Assembly: GCA_964016885.1 (NCBI GenBank)
Contig: OZ024740.1
Span: 293,570,001-293,634,000 of the forward strand
DNA from: Eledone cirrhosa
Lineage: Eukaryota
Length of the DNA: 64,000 nucleotides
Direction of reading: 5' to 3'
Within the stretch, counting starts at the first letter, position 1, and each line of letters opens with the position of its first letter. Under the pieces are notes generated by a model. That model worked only from the letters and a program-made list of their open reading frames with translations. It ran no database searches and was not told where the DNA came from. The position numbers and the translations under genes were made by a program. Shown piece by piece: positions 51,440 through 64,000 of the stretch.

Positions 51440-53930
51440 CATACATACATACTACATGATGGCTGCAAACTCGTGTTCAAGTATTGCCATCGCCCGATAA
51501 AATGTTCAAAAATGTGAAGCACAAATGTGACTCTTTAAACCAGCCAAATACTTGCACCCTCTGGCACACACATGGCAACTTTAGGCTCCCCCGAAACCTT
51601 CCATTGCTTTGTTCTGGCTGTATGTTCATATGTATCTTTTAAGACCTCCCATGCTTGTACATTTCTTACACCTTTTCAGATCATAATCTACATGAGGTCT
51701 ACTGATATGACTTTGTTCATATCTAATCAAACCAGCTTTGCTCAGGCTGACTCAACCACAGTGCTGGCAAACCAGATGATGTTCAACAGCAGACAGTTCA
51801 GAACAGTCTCAATCCTCACCTTCCTTTTCAGTGTTAGGTGTTCTCTCCGACGAGTTTCAAAGTGTTCACCACCTGACTTGATCAAACGTCTCCACTTTAC
51901 ACGCTCGTCAGCCATTTTCTCCCATTCGTCAGATGAAATTCCAGCACAAGCCAAGGTGCCCCTGATACAGTCCCGGTACCGCCTTTTTGGTTAATGTGGT
52001 GGTCGCCTTCCTTCACAGAGTTCTCTATAGAGAAGTTGCTTTGGAATACGATCATCAGACATCCGGACCACGTGACTGCACCACCTCAACCGATACCGAA
52101 AGATTATGCTCTCTATAGTCACGCACCTGCTCCGTTCTAGAACTTCCAAATAACTGGCGAACATTTTCCACTACACCCCAAGTAACTTATGAAGAGATTG
52201 TTGGTGAAATCTCTCCAGATCCTTGAGGTGCTTTCTGTATGTGACCCACGTTTCACAAACATAAAGTAAAGAGGAGACGACATAAGTCAGATACACTTTC
52301 ACCTTGGTTTCGATAGTGATACCTCGTCTGGACCATAAACGTTGATGCAGCCATCCAAAAGCATCACTGGCTTTCTTGATTCTTAAGGATATTTCATTAT
52401 CATGTGTGCATGAAGTGTTCAACGTACTACCAAGGTAAACAAACTTGTCAGCAACTTTTAGCCTCTTTCCGTACACGTACACACTTGGTGCAGTGTACTC
52501 GTTTCCAGGTACTGGCTGATACATCACAACAGTCTTTTCCAAGCTTATTGTGACGCCCAAAGTGCTGCAAGCTGCAGAAAAAGAGTTCATAATATGCTGC
52601 ATGTCACTTTGTGAGTGTGCAAAAAGATCGCAGTCGTCTGCATACAAAAACTCTCGGATTATAGATGTTAATACTTTTGTGCTTGTACCAAAGCGCCTGG
52701 TGTTGAACAACCTTCCTGAAGTGCGATACCTGATGTAAACCCCATGAGAACAATATTTGAATGCCATGAGAAACACTATCGTAAAATATAAGGAAAACAG
52801 AGTTGGAGCCGGAATGTCCCCCTGCTTCACTTCATTTTCAACTGATATTGGTTCAGAGATGCTACCACCAATACTGACCAAAGCCTTCATGTGATCATGG
52901 AAAAGATGCAGAATCTTCTACCCTACCTTGGATTTTTTTCCCTCAAGCAGTTCGATTGACAGTGTCAAAGGCCTTTGTCAAGTCAACAAAGACCTGGTAA
53001 AGGTCCATACATTGTTCGATACACTTTTCTTGCAGCTGCCGAGCAGAAACGATCATATCCACTGTTCCTCTTTCGTTTCTGAACCCACACTGCGACTCAG
53101 GCAACACATTCAGAGCAACTCTTGGGATCAATCTATCCATCAATATTCGACACGACTTTACCAACTACTGAAAGAAGGGATATGACATGATAATTGCCAC
53201 ATTTGTCCTTGCCGTCCTTTCCTTTATGGAGAATCACCATGAGCGCATCCTTCTTGTGGGACATTCTCATCTTTCCACACCATTTTCATGAGGTCAGTCA
53301 GGCGCTGCGTGAAATTTTCACCACCACACTTCAAAACCACTCCACTCAGACCATCCAGACCAGGAGACTTACCACAGTTCAGCTTATGCACAACAGAAGT
53401 CCCCTCTGCAAGAGAAGATACATTAGCCATCTCATATGCTTCACTGGTTCAATAGGAATGGAACAAATGAAATCATCATCAACCTGGTTTAAGAGCTCAT
53501 CAAAGTGATCTCTCTATCTGTCGAGTGTCTTTTGGGTCACGCAGTAATTGCTTGCCATCTTTCGATCTCAAAGGGGCCACTGGAAAGCTGAAAGGGCCAT
53601 ACACCTCTGTGAGTAGAAAGTGCGGCAGTTTCACATTGTTGCCGTCAGATGCCTCTTGAACTTCATCTGCTTTGTTGCTCCACCAGGTATTTTGCATAGC
53701 CCTGAGTTTCACCTGCACTTCCTTCTTTACCTGTCTGTAACGCTCATAATTGTCACCAACAGAGCTACCACCTTTAAGAACTGCATCAAGTGCCTTTTGT
53801 TTTCTGTCTAGCAGAGCCTTGACCTCCTGGTCATTCTCATCAAACCAGTCCTTGTTTTCTTGTGACAAAGCCAAGGACCTCTGCTGAAGCCTCATATACC
53901 GAGTTCCTGAAGTCCTTCCAGTTGTTCTCA
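51440..53930 (-). mobile_element. RTE-clade LINE, ~2.5-kb 3' portion, pseudogenised
   Basis: ENKDWFDEND, GKSPGLDG, LPESQCGFRNERGTVDMI..VFVDLTKAFDTV, VKQGDIPAPTLF, FLYADDC, FVYLGS, C-terminal Zn finger, (ATGT)n tail. Confidence 0.93.
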
Positions 53931-54619
53931 TACACGCATACATACTTACATATATACATGTATGCATACATCCATACATACATCCATCCATCCATACATA
54001 CATGTATACACACATACATACATCCTTCCATCCATACGGGTATACATACATACATACAATGGTTAAAGTGTTTGACTGACGACCATAAGTTCATGGGTTC
54101 ATATTTGGGACTGGGTAGTTATTGAATCAACCTGATATCAATGTTTATTATACAGCACACTTCCTCTTTGGTATATATGACACATAGTAATATCTAACAT
54201 AGTACCCATCTAATCTGTTATAATATGATTTACCTTTCCTCTGTGAAGGCACATGCCTTAGGGGTTACGGTACTGGACTAACCATTATAAAGTCATGGGC
54301 TCGTTTCTTCGATCCTGCAGCATGTTGCGTCCTTCAGTAAAATACTTTAGTTCGTGTAGCATCTTCTACCAGGACTTGCGGCAGACAGATAATATCAGTA
54401 ATGGAAAAAACCTTGTTTCATTAGTATGACCTGGAAATCAGTTCCACTCTATTTATCTTCTTTATTAAAGGCAATCAAATTATTTTTTATTTTATTCTTT
54501 TTCATATTTTTCCATGTTTGTTAAATAAATTCCCAAAAAATCGAACTAAATTGAAATTTTGTAATAAAATTTCCATAAAAGTTAATGTTTACAATACAAT
54601 AAAATGTAATAAAATGTAT

Positions 54620-54930
54620 TGAAGTCGAAGAAATGTGGACCTTCATTTTTGAAAGATGGATAATGCTATAAGCAGACCTTACAATATTGTACCACAATTT
54701 TCCTTTGTGCAAAAGTGGGCAGCCGAATTTAGGAAAGGATAGGGGATTCTTGAAGATGACCCAATGTCTGGACGTCCTACAACTGCCACTACTGAGGAAA
54801 ACATTGATCTCAGTACTGCAACACCGATGGAAGAAGTGTGTGGAACGCAAGAGAGACTATGTTGAAAAATAAACTTCATTTGGTCACATTCCATGAGAGT
54901 ATCTTTGTCAACTCTCGTATCTATGCGCAA
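54620..54930 (+). mobile_element. Internally deleted mariner transposase relic
   Basis: VQKWAAEFRKG.GILEDDPMSGRPTTATTEENI joined to LQHRWKKCVERKRDYVEK*, the typical mariner N-terminal region and C-terminus. Confidence 0.8.
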
Positions 54931-54954
54931 TATACGTAAAGATACAGAATTGCG

Positions 54955-55350
54955 GGCACTACAACGCTATTAGCTGTCATATTTGTTGGTGAAAAAATTT
55001 GATTATAAAACTTAAATTTATGAATGACTTGTTTTCTACATTGATAACCATGACTTGTTTTCTAATTAACTTAAATTTGTTTTCTAATTTGGCCCTTTTA
55101 AGGGCCACCTATATTTTCATTTAAGTAACTCCACTTACATCGATATGCTTTATAACCAAGACTTGTTTTCTATTTGTTTTCTAATTTGGCCCTTTTAAGT
55201 CTTCCCTCCCTCTCTTCCCCCTCTCTCTAAAAAAAAACGCGTGAAAACTCCACTTACGCGTGGTAGTAATACGGAAATAAACGATGTTGACGAGTGACGT
55301 TACCTTCGCCTGTTTTCCACTGGACTGACAGCTAATAGCGTTGTAGTGCC
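54955..55350. mobile_element. ~400-bp MITE with 25-bp TIRs
   Basis: GGCACTACAACGCTATTAGCTGTCA...TGACAGCTAATAGCGTTGTAGTGCC; no clear TSD, superfamily unassigned. Confidence 0.7.
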
Positions 55351-55571
55351 GTAGTTTATTTTGTACATTAGGAATTTATCTATCTAATCTATCTTACGGG
55401 TGATCTGTCGATTTTGAGAATGTAAGCAAAATACTTGTCTTTTCTTTTATCCGTAGTCTTCTCAATAAGCAGTGTTATTTATGCCAGTCTAAAACTCCTA
55501 TTTATGCCAGTCTAAAATTCAAATTCTCCGTTTTCCTCTAGAATTTTCAATTATTATTTTACATATTTTAC

Positions 55572-55760
55572 AAGGGCGGTGGATTGGCAGTATCGGTAGA
55601 GGGTCGGACGCCATGCTTTCCAGCGTGGTTACGTCCCTTTACCATCTGAGTTCAAATCCCGCCGAGGTTGACTTTGCCTTTCATCCTTACGGGGTCGATA
55701 AAATAAAGTACCAGTAATACACTGGGATAATTGCTGGCCTTGTGCCTAAAGTAGAAACAA
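55572..55760 (+). mobile_element. SINE family A, full length
   Basis: gggcggtggattggcagtatcggtagag..gagttcaaatccc..gtagaaacaatt; flanking repeat attattttacatatttt. Extra pieces at 55933-56024 (-) and 56060-56220 (+). Confidence 0.9.
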
Positions 55761-56726
55761 TTATTTTACATATTTTTAATATGTCTCATTCTGATGGACC
55801 CTTCCTAAAAACTAACCTTCTCCTAAAGTCGTCTCAATAAGCAGTGTTTTAAACTCCTATTTATGCCAGTCTAGAAGTCAAATTCTCCGTTTTTCTCTCG
55901 GCTTTTCAATTATTATTTTACATATTTTTAATAATTGTTTCTACTTTAGGCACAAGTCCAGCAATTATCCAGTGCATTACTGGTACTTTATTTTATCTAC
56001 CCCGTAAGGACGAAAGGCAAAGTCATATGTCTCTTTCTGTTGGACCCTTCCTAAAAATTGTCGGACGCCATGCTTTCCATCATAGTTACGTCTCTTTACG
56101 ATCTGAGTTCAAATCCCGCTGAGGTTGACTTTGCCTTTCATCCTTACGGGGTCGATAAAATAAAGTGCCAGTAATGCACTGGGTAATTGCTGGCCTTGTG
56201 CCTAAAGTAGAAACAATTATTATTAATTAATTATTCTAGAACCTTCCTGCATCTCGCTCGCAAACTTTGTAAATACTTTTCTCCTTCTCTCATACCCCCC
56301 CCCCCCCCCGCCTGATCGCAAGTATAAAATAAATGTATATATATATGTATGTATGTATATATTTAAGCACTATGTGTCGATAATTGTCACAAGTGTAGTG
56401 TTTGTGCCAGAGTTTTCAAGTCGCTGGCTGGACTAAAAAGTCACACTCGTTCAGCGCATCGGTAAGGGTTCTCCTACATGGATATAAAGTAGTGGCCGTA
56501 CTCGAAAACGAGTTGGCAGCCACCATATATATATGTATATATATATATGTGTATGTATATATATGTGTATGTATATATATATATGTATGTATGTATATAT
56601 ATATGCATGTATTATGAAATACTGTTGGCTTCTTGCTCACAATAATTTCTATACTTTTCATTTATATATATATATATATATATACAATACATTAATAAAT
56701 GGAAACTATATTTATAAAACCATAAT

Positions 56727-56771
56727 TATTTTATTATATATATTTCAAGGGCGCTTTCATCAGATAAAATA
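56727..56771 (-). ncRNA. Minimal type I hammerhead ribozyme (short stem II)
   Basis: Reverse complement tattttat-CTGATGA-aagcgccctt-GAAA-tatata-TA-ataaaata. Confidence 0.75.
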
Positions 56772-56807
56772 CAGATTTGTTTTATAAATAAATATTGACA
56801 TACCCTG

Positions 56808-56873
56808 TATTTTATCTGATGAAAGCGCACCATGATTTACCTTGGTCGCCCTTGAAATATATATAATAAAATA
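56808..56873 (+). ncRNA. Type I hammerhead ribozyme
   Basis: tattttat-CTGATGA-aagcgcacca..tggtcgccctt-GAAA-tatata-TA-ataaaata. Confidence 0.85.
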
Positions 56874-57123
56874 ATTATGGTTTTATAAATATAATTTCCA
56901 TTTATTAATATATTGTATATTTACTACACTACTGTTGAGTGCTTTATACCATTTATAAAAAACTTTAAGCTTGTTGAATCCCAACAAATTAAATATAACC
57001 TCTGAATATATATATATGTGTGTAGTGTTGAAGTTTCCGTGGAAAAAGTAAAAGGAATGAAGAGTGCTCTATGTAAGTAACAGCTAAATATTTAATGCAT
57101 AATAAACAACACAGTATAATTAT

Positions 57124-57189
57124 CTCATTACCCGAGGTTTCCCGAACAGGACGAACACAAGAGACGCCCGCATTCGTTCGTCAGATAAG
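57124..57189 (-). ncRNA. Type I hammerhead ribozyme, different family
   Basis: Reverse complement cttat-CTGACGA-acgaa..ttcgg-GAAA-cctcggg-TA-atgag; A.G mismatch at the base of stem II. Confidence 0.65.
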
Positions 57190-58107
57190 GCAATATAACA
57201 TAGTGAGATATTTGAAAATAGCTCATCAAGAAAGGCTAAAATGCTTAACGGACAAACAATATAAATAAAAGTAGTAAGACAAAAAAATATATGAAAAATA
57301 AAAATAAAGAAATATAGTGAGATGATGTATGTATATGTACATATATAGGCGCATGTGTATATATGTACATGTGTGTATATGTACAACTACATGTGTATAG
57401 TGAAAATATATATGCGTAAGTATATACATGAGGGCAAATATATCGGTGTATGTGTGACCACAAATACACACATATATATGTTAAGACTAAGTGCTGATAT
57501 ATATATACATATATATACACATATATATATACACATATATATATGCAAAAATTAAGTGCTGATATATATACACATGCAAACGTAAAAGGACGCACGCACA
57601 CAGACATATATACACGCGACCACATACATGTATATAATATACACAGGGAAGGGAGTGTATAAAGTCATACGCAGAGTCAGACGGAAGGTCGATACAAATA
57701 TAAAATATGATGAATAAATGAAAAAATATATAAGATACAAAAAAAATATATAATATATAATAAAAATTAAGGCAAAGAGAAAGTAAGTGAGGGGGTGTAA
57801 TAGATAAATACTAGAAAAAATAAGTAAAAAAATGTAAAAAAACATGCATACACACAAACACGCTCGCACATACATATATATATACACACAAATACACACT
57901 CACATACATACGTATATATATATATATACACACACACACATACATATACATATATTAACACGTACACACGCGACCATATATATTTATATATATATATATA
58001 TTTAAAGGTTAAACAAGGTTCAATGAATAAATCAAAGAATAAAGTTTTACAATAGATTAGACTGAATTTTAACCATCTACTTAGTCAGGGTATGTCATGC
58101 ATCATCT

Positions 58108-58174
58108 TATTTTATCTGATGAGGACGTACTGTTGAAGATAGCTCAGTACCTCTGAAATATGTATAATAAAATA
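58108..58174 (+). ncRNA. Type I hammerhead ribozyme (same family as 8056)
   Basis: tattttat-CTGATGA-ggacgtactg..cagtacctct-GAAA-tatgta-TA-ataaaata. Confidence 0.85.
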
Positions 58175-58519
58175 TAATTGATCACACGAATGTCTATTTT
58201 TGTTAATATTTTGAATTAATATATATATATGAAAGCGCACCAAAATTGTCTTGGTTGCCCTTGAAATATATATAATAAAATAATTATGGTTTTATAAATA
58301 TAGTTTCCATTTATTAATATATTGAATATTTACTCCAGTAAGCTGTTTGAGTGCTTTATATCAGTTATAAACCAACAGATAATTAGTGATAATAACAATA
58401 TTAATATTAGCAATAATATTGATACTGAGAATAACAATAACATTAATTGAAGCACTAACAATAGAACAGCTACAAATATTAGCAATGATAACGCGTACAG
58501 TTTAAATTATAGTAATAAC

Positions 58520-58984
58520 AGAAAATCGAACTGTAACTGTAGAAATAGATCTGATTGCCCTTTGCAAAATAATTGCCTTGATAAGAACTTAGTATATAAA
58601 TGTACATCAAATAACATTACCTACAACTACATAGGTGCAACTTCATCGAGCTTTAAACTGAGATTTTCCAATCATAAGCATTCTGTTTCTAATCCGGATA
58701 AGAAATTTTCTACTTCTTTATCACAATTAATATGGTCTTTAAAAGAGAAAAATTTTAAATACTCAATATTTTGGTCCAAGCTTCGCAATTGTCAAGTATA
58801 CCAAAATTCCTCTATTTATCCTAACTGCAATCTTTGTAATACCGAGACACTATTAATAATTGCTAATTATTGTAACTTAATTAACAAAAAAAGTGAATTA
58901 TTCTCAAATTGCCTGCACAAATCTGCATCTACATTCCAAGTATCATATAAAATTAGGAAAAATATTGAGTTTTGTCATAACTAA
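58520..58984 (+). pseudogene. Penelope-like GIY-YIG endonuclease, 5'-truncated
   Basis: CNCRNRSDCPLQNNCLDKNLVYKC..YIGATSSSFKLRFSNH..TSLSQLIWSLK..CNLCNTE..LINKKSELFSNCLH; followed by pLTR with hammerhead. Confidence 0.88.
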
Positions 58985-59031
58985 TCACTGATTGAACCAT
59001 CAGCACAGTTGGGGTATGTCAGACATCAATT

Positions 59032-59097
59032 TATTTTATCTGATGAGGATGTACTGATGAAATAGCTCAGTACCTCTGAAATATGTATAATAAAATA
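59032..59097 (+). ncRNA. Type I hammerhead ribozyme in pLTR downstream of GIY-YIG
   Basis: tattttat-CTGATGA-ggatgtactg..cagtacctct-GAAA-tatgta-TA-ataaaata. Confidence 0.87.
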
Positions 59098-59139
59098 TAT
59101 TTGATCACATGAATGTCTATATTTATTAATATTTAGAAG

Positions 59140-59196
<57 letters not shown>

Positions 59197-59384
59197 TAAA
59201 CGGAATAGAAAATGCTGACAAATTGTTCACAGTTGAAAAATGGTTTAATTAGGAATAAAAGAGTATTAGTGATTGTATGGGTTAGTATTCAGTTGTGGTT
59301 TTAAGTTTTTAAGTTTTTACCGGTTGCGCATTTCTAAATGCTTTTCAAAAATAATTTTGAGATAGAGTGTCCGTGCTGTTTGCT

Positions 59385-59520
<136 letters not shown>

Positions 59521-59636
59521 AGGTGAGTTTTGTTGTAGAACAATAAAACTATGCATATATCGGATAAGTAGCACTCAACAGTTTATTGAAATGGAATATA
59601 TATAAGAAGTTAAAAGATCGTTAAAAAAGTTCCATA

Positions 59637-59707
59637 TATTTTATTATGCACATTTCAAAAACAAATATCATCCTGGGACGATAGTTGCGTTCTCATCAGA
59701 TAAAATA
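59637..59707 (-). ncRNA. Type I hammerhead ribozyme, left arm of palindrome
   Basis: Reverse complement tattttat-CTGATGA-gaacgcaac..gttttt-GAAA-tgtgca-TA-ataaaata. Confidence 0.78.
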
Positions 59708-61410
59708 AGGTAACATGATATGATGCCTAAAAAAAACACTTGTGAACAAGAAAGTGTCTAGTCAACATATGATAAAAATATTAAAGGAGAGAGAAGATTA
59801 GAAAAGAGGAAGGAAGAGGGAAAAGGAAAAAGGAGAAGATAACGGATGAAAAGTTTTAGAAGGAAGGAGGAGAGAGAAAGAGAAAGGAGAGAGATAGAGA
59901 CTTTTAAACGGGAAACGCTGTCAAAACTGAAAAACAGCTGTGAATAACGGTTGAAAAAATATATACGGCTACTAAATTAATAAATTGATGAGGTTTATGA
60001 TTACAGATATAGAACTAGGTATATTATTTATTTAGGGTTTATATACTAAAAAAAATTATTATTAAAATAAAATAGAATAAAATAAAGTCATTTATAAGCG
60101 TAGAAGACAAAGTAGTGGTTGTTTAAATAGAATGTAATTGAAAAATGTGAGAAAAATGTGTGAAGAGATATTTATGTGAAAAAATATATATGTGTAGAAG
60201 AAAATAAATAAGAGTAGTCAAACCATGTCAAAAATTAAAAGTTTACAATTAAATATTATAGGTTATATATAAAAAAAAATATAGATTATATATAAAAGAA
60301 GTTATATAAGTGGGAAAACTATTTAAATATTTAAATATTAATTTAATCTACAAGTAAATAGAGGAAAATGTTATAATTATTTAATCGTAGAAAAAAGCGT
60401 AGAAAAGGCGAAGAAAATAAACGAAGAAGACATAATTTGTTTACGAAATCTACGAAGAAATATGATGTGATAAAGGAGGAAAAGTGAGCGGCTTAAAAAT
60501 AGTGAGAAGAAAGAAAATAAAGAAACATTAAATATGAACGATTTAAATAATATTTTGTATCACCAAGTAGATAAAGGAATTTGCTAGAGTGATTTAAAGC
60601 GTAGAAGAACATATAACTTCATAGTATGTTTAAAACTTTGTATAGTGAACTGAAATATGCGAGAAAAAGTGTAAAAATATATTTGTATAAAATATATTTT
60701 CTACGCTTTTTTCTTCGCTTAAATAATTATAACATTTTCCTCTATTTACTTGTAGATTAAATTAATATTTAAATATTTAAATAGTTTTCCCACTTATATA
60801 ATTTCTTTTATATATAATCTATAATTTTTTTTATATATAACCTATAATTTTTAATTGTAAACTTTTAATTTTTGATATGGTTTGACTACTCTTATTTATT
60901 TTCTTCTACACATATATATATATTTTCACATAAATATCTCTTCACACCTTTTTCTCACATTTTTCAATTACATTCTATTTAAACAAACAATATTTTGTCT
61001 TCTACGCTTATAAATCATTTAATTTTATTTTACTTTATTTTATTATATTTTATTTTAACAATAAATTTTTTTAGTATATAAACCCTAAATAAATAATATA
61101 CCTAGTTCTATATCTGTAATCATAAACCTCATCAATTTATTAATTTAGTAGCCGTATATATTTTTTCAACCGTTATTCACAGCTGTTTTTCAGTTTTGAT
61201 AGCGTTTCCCGTTTAAAAGTCTCTATCTCTATCCTTTCTCTTTCTCTCTCCTCCTTCCTTCTAAAACTTTTCCTCCGTTATCTTCCCTTTTCCCTTTTCC
61301 CTCTTCCTTCCTCTTTTCCAATCATCTCTCTCCTTTAATATTTTTATCATATGTTGACTAGACACTTTCTTGTTCACAAGTGTTTTTTTAGGCATCATAT
61401 CATGTTACCT

Positions 61411-61481
61411 TATTTTATCTGATGAGAACGCAACTATCGTCCCAGGATGGTATTTGTTTTTGAAATGCGCATAATAAAATA
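61411..61481 (+). ncRNA. Type I hammerhead ribozyme, right arm of palindrome
   Basis: tattttat-CTGATGA-gaacgcaactatcgtcc..ggatggtatttgttttt-GAAA-tgcgca-TA-ataaaata; palindromic stem III. Confidence 0.82.
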
Positions 61482-61559
61482 TATGGAACTTTTTTAACCA
61501 TCTTTTAATTTTTTTCTTATATATATATATATATGTGTATAGATAGATAAGAAATTAAG

Positions 61560-61911
61560 CCCCCATATTAACTGTAAAACTAGAAATGTAGTATATAGCA
61601 TAAGATGTACTGAAGGACAATTTAGAGATAAAAAAAATATAGTGTACATAGGTGAGACAGCTCGTAGTATAGGGGAACGGATAAATGAACACTGGCGAGA
61701 CCTTCAAGATAGTAAAGAATCATCTGTACTCTACCAACATGCTAAAATAGAACATAAGGGTAAATTAGAGAACATAGAAATAAAAATAGAATCTACACAC
61801 AGAAAAGACGCAATGTTTAGACAAATCACAGAGGCAATAAACATAAATGAATTACAACCAAAATTAAATAGAAAACATGAGTGGAACAGCAACATCACAA
61901 CTTACAATTAA
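61560..61911 (+). pseudogene. Penelope-like GIY-YIG endonuclease, second lineage, 5'-truncated
   Basis: NCKTRNVVYSIRC..YIGETARSIGERINEH..SVLYQH..RQITEAINI..PKLNRKHEW. Confidence 0.85.
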
Positions 61912-62113
61912 GGACAAAATGCAAACACACTCGCACATAGAACAAACAACCAACCAGTAACATGTAAATAAACAAATAAATAAACGAATATAAACACACA
62001 CAGACACCCGGATGTAACATATGCGCAAACTAAGCACTCAAGTCACACACAAAAACAAGATGGCGTAGGACAGAACAAAGGAGAGGCTCAAAAAACAAAG
62101 AAAAGAATCCCCA

Positions 62114-62156
62114 GTCACTGAAGAGGTCACAGAATATGTGACGAAAGAACGTTGAC
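62114..62156 (+). ncRNA. Degenerate hammerhead ribozyme downstream of GIY-YIG
   Basis: gtca-CTGAAGA-ggtcaca/tgtgac-GAAA-gaacgt-tgac; register defects in stems II and III. Confidence 0.45.
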
Positions 62157-62364
62157 AATATATAAACAACCATCTGGTTGTGGAACCAACCAACCAACCG
62201 GAAATTTATAAATTCCTAAATTTATAAATTTATTATAATAAATTGAAGTAAAAGCAACTGGTGCGTGTGTTTCTTAATGGCAACATGACCCTCCCAAAGT
62301 ATAACAATATCGGTTTCAACACACGTTTTCAGATAAAGAATCTTGCTAAACAAATTCAGAAACG

Positions 62365-62438
<74 letters not shown>

Positions 62439-62879
62439 ACATATATATGAAAACACATATACATAAACGCACACACACATATATATACACACATACACGC
62501 ACACATACAAATGCGTTCGTATATATACATACACATATACGCACATGCACACACATACTCATACATACATATATAAATCAACAACCATATGAATAATTGG
62601 GTACAAAATATACACAAGTATACATACATTAATACGACCGAGGGACAACGAAACAATCTGGAGTTAAAAACGCAAGTGACATGTAATGTTTGAAAGTTAA
62701 AGTAAAAGGGGAAGTAAAATAAATATAATTATTATATAATTGTTAAAATATATCGTTAATGAATATCAAAAAGAAGAGTGGGGTCAACTAGTGGATGTAA
62801 AGTAAAAGTAAATAAGTTGTAAAACTGATTAAGAGGTCTATAAAGAAGGTAAGTTAAGGAAATTGAAGAACAAGAGTTT

Positions 62880-64000
62880 ATGGAGGATAAGTGTCTGAAA
62901 GTGTGTTAAGTTTGTATGAGCTGGAAAGCAAATGTGATTTCATGTGTAGGCAACTGCTGAAAATTTCTGTTTTAGCATTTAGGCAGGTTTTTGGTGATTT
63001 AAGGTTCTGTAAAATCCAATATTTTCACTTATGCAGAGGGTGCTTCTTCTTGCTCATCTTGCGTATTCTTTAGATTGGTTCAGAATTGACCAATCCAATT
63101 TATACTGGATACCTTGGTCCTTCAAATCCCATATTCTGCTAACCAGAGCTGTTGTGAATCTTTTTTCAGGATATCGGAAAGATGCGACATGTGAATAATA
63201 ACGCGTTTTGAATTTGTCTTGAGTCATACCCACATATCGTTCACTGGTGGCTGGCTGGTTGGTGCTGGTGGTTGTCACTTTGGCCTCATATACAATGCCT
63301 TTGGTGTCGCATTTCCCTTGTAATGGGCATTGACTTTTAATTCTACAAGAACAATTTTGATATTCTCTGGGTGTTATCTTATTAATGGTATAAGAGGGAC
63401 CGACCGCAGGAGTAGCTGATTTTGACACAGTTTCTATTGAAAATCTTATAGTATCTATGTGTTCTGGGGAAATGTTTATCTAAGAGTTCTAGGAATTTTC
63501 TGCCTACATTAGTTTTAACTGCTAAAGAGTAGGGGGTGTGAACCAGATTATTTTTCTTTTCCTATTATTATGTTTAATGGAGTTAGCATTGTTGGGTATA
63601 TACTTAATAGGTTCATTGAAGCCACTATTTTGAAGGGCTTTATTATAGTAGGGGATGCTTTATTAAAAATAGCTTCTGAGGAAGAGAGGGTAGAGATCCT
63701 ACGGCTAATATTTGGGGAAAGATTTTTAAATACTATAGGAGGATGGCAAGAGCCTTTATTTATGTATTTTAAATTTCCATTGGGTTTATGGTACGGTTTA
63801 TAGGAAGCAGTAGGCAGCTCTAGGTTTATATCTAGAAAATTAACATTAGAAAGATTTGTGTCAATGGTAATTTTAAGATTAAAACTAGCGAAGGATGTTA
63901 TTATGTCTTTCCTGAACCTGTCTAAGTTATGGCCTATAGTTGTATGGGAAAGTATTAGACCATCATCACGATAAAGCCCAATGGTATGGTTAGGGAATTT
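62880..64000 (-). mobile_element. Penelope-like retroelement ORF (RT C-terminal part + GIY-YIG), frameshifted, continues beyond the window
   Basis: GLYRDDGL..LKITI..VNFLDINLEL..YKPYHKPN..YINKGSCHPP..RRISTLSS; CSCRIKSQCPLQGKC..IVYEA..YVGMTQDKFKTRYYSH..IWDLK. Confidence 0.9.

Larger units (their letters stand above)
59607..61511. repeat. Large inverted repeat, arms ~59607-60406 and ~60697-61511
   Basis: Arms are reverse complements with scattered substitutions and indels; ~290-bp spacer. Confidence 0.93.

Noticed and set aside
54225-54440. Candidate upstream CYP exons (AAG|gtaaat donor; ccAG|GTCAT acceptor)
   Set aside because: Translations (GMCLHRGK; GHTNETRFF) do not match J-helix or I-helix GHDTT motifs, and the region overlaps a decayed SINE head.

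Overview
AT-rich, repeat-saturated animal genomic DNA. The SINE/LINE families and microsatellite load suggest a coleoid cephalopod such as octopus, but that is inference. The only host gene I can support is the 3' end of a CYP4-clan (CYP4V-like) cytochrome P450 on the minus strand: exons 32450-32516, 23756-23935 and 20926-21082, the last one frameshifted. Everything else is repeats. There is a young full-length Gypsy element with a -1 frameshift signal, two solo LTRs, a Buster-type hAT transposon, RTE/CR1/CRE-like LINE relics, two tRNA-derived SINE families, MITEs, and mariner and Helitron fragments. Tandem repeats include 17-, 36- and 40-bp minisatellites, a drifting hexamer array and a ~893-bp higher-order satellite. 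The most notable signal is a set of Penelope-like elements carrying seven recognisable type I hammerhead ribozymes plus two decayed ones, mostly at 56.7-62.2 kb, several in inverted pairs including an ~800-bp-arm palindrome. Most ORFs in the supplied track are repeat artefacts.
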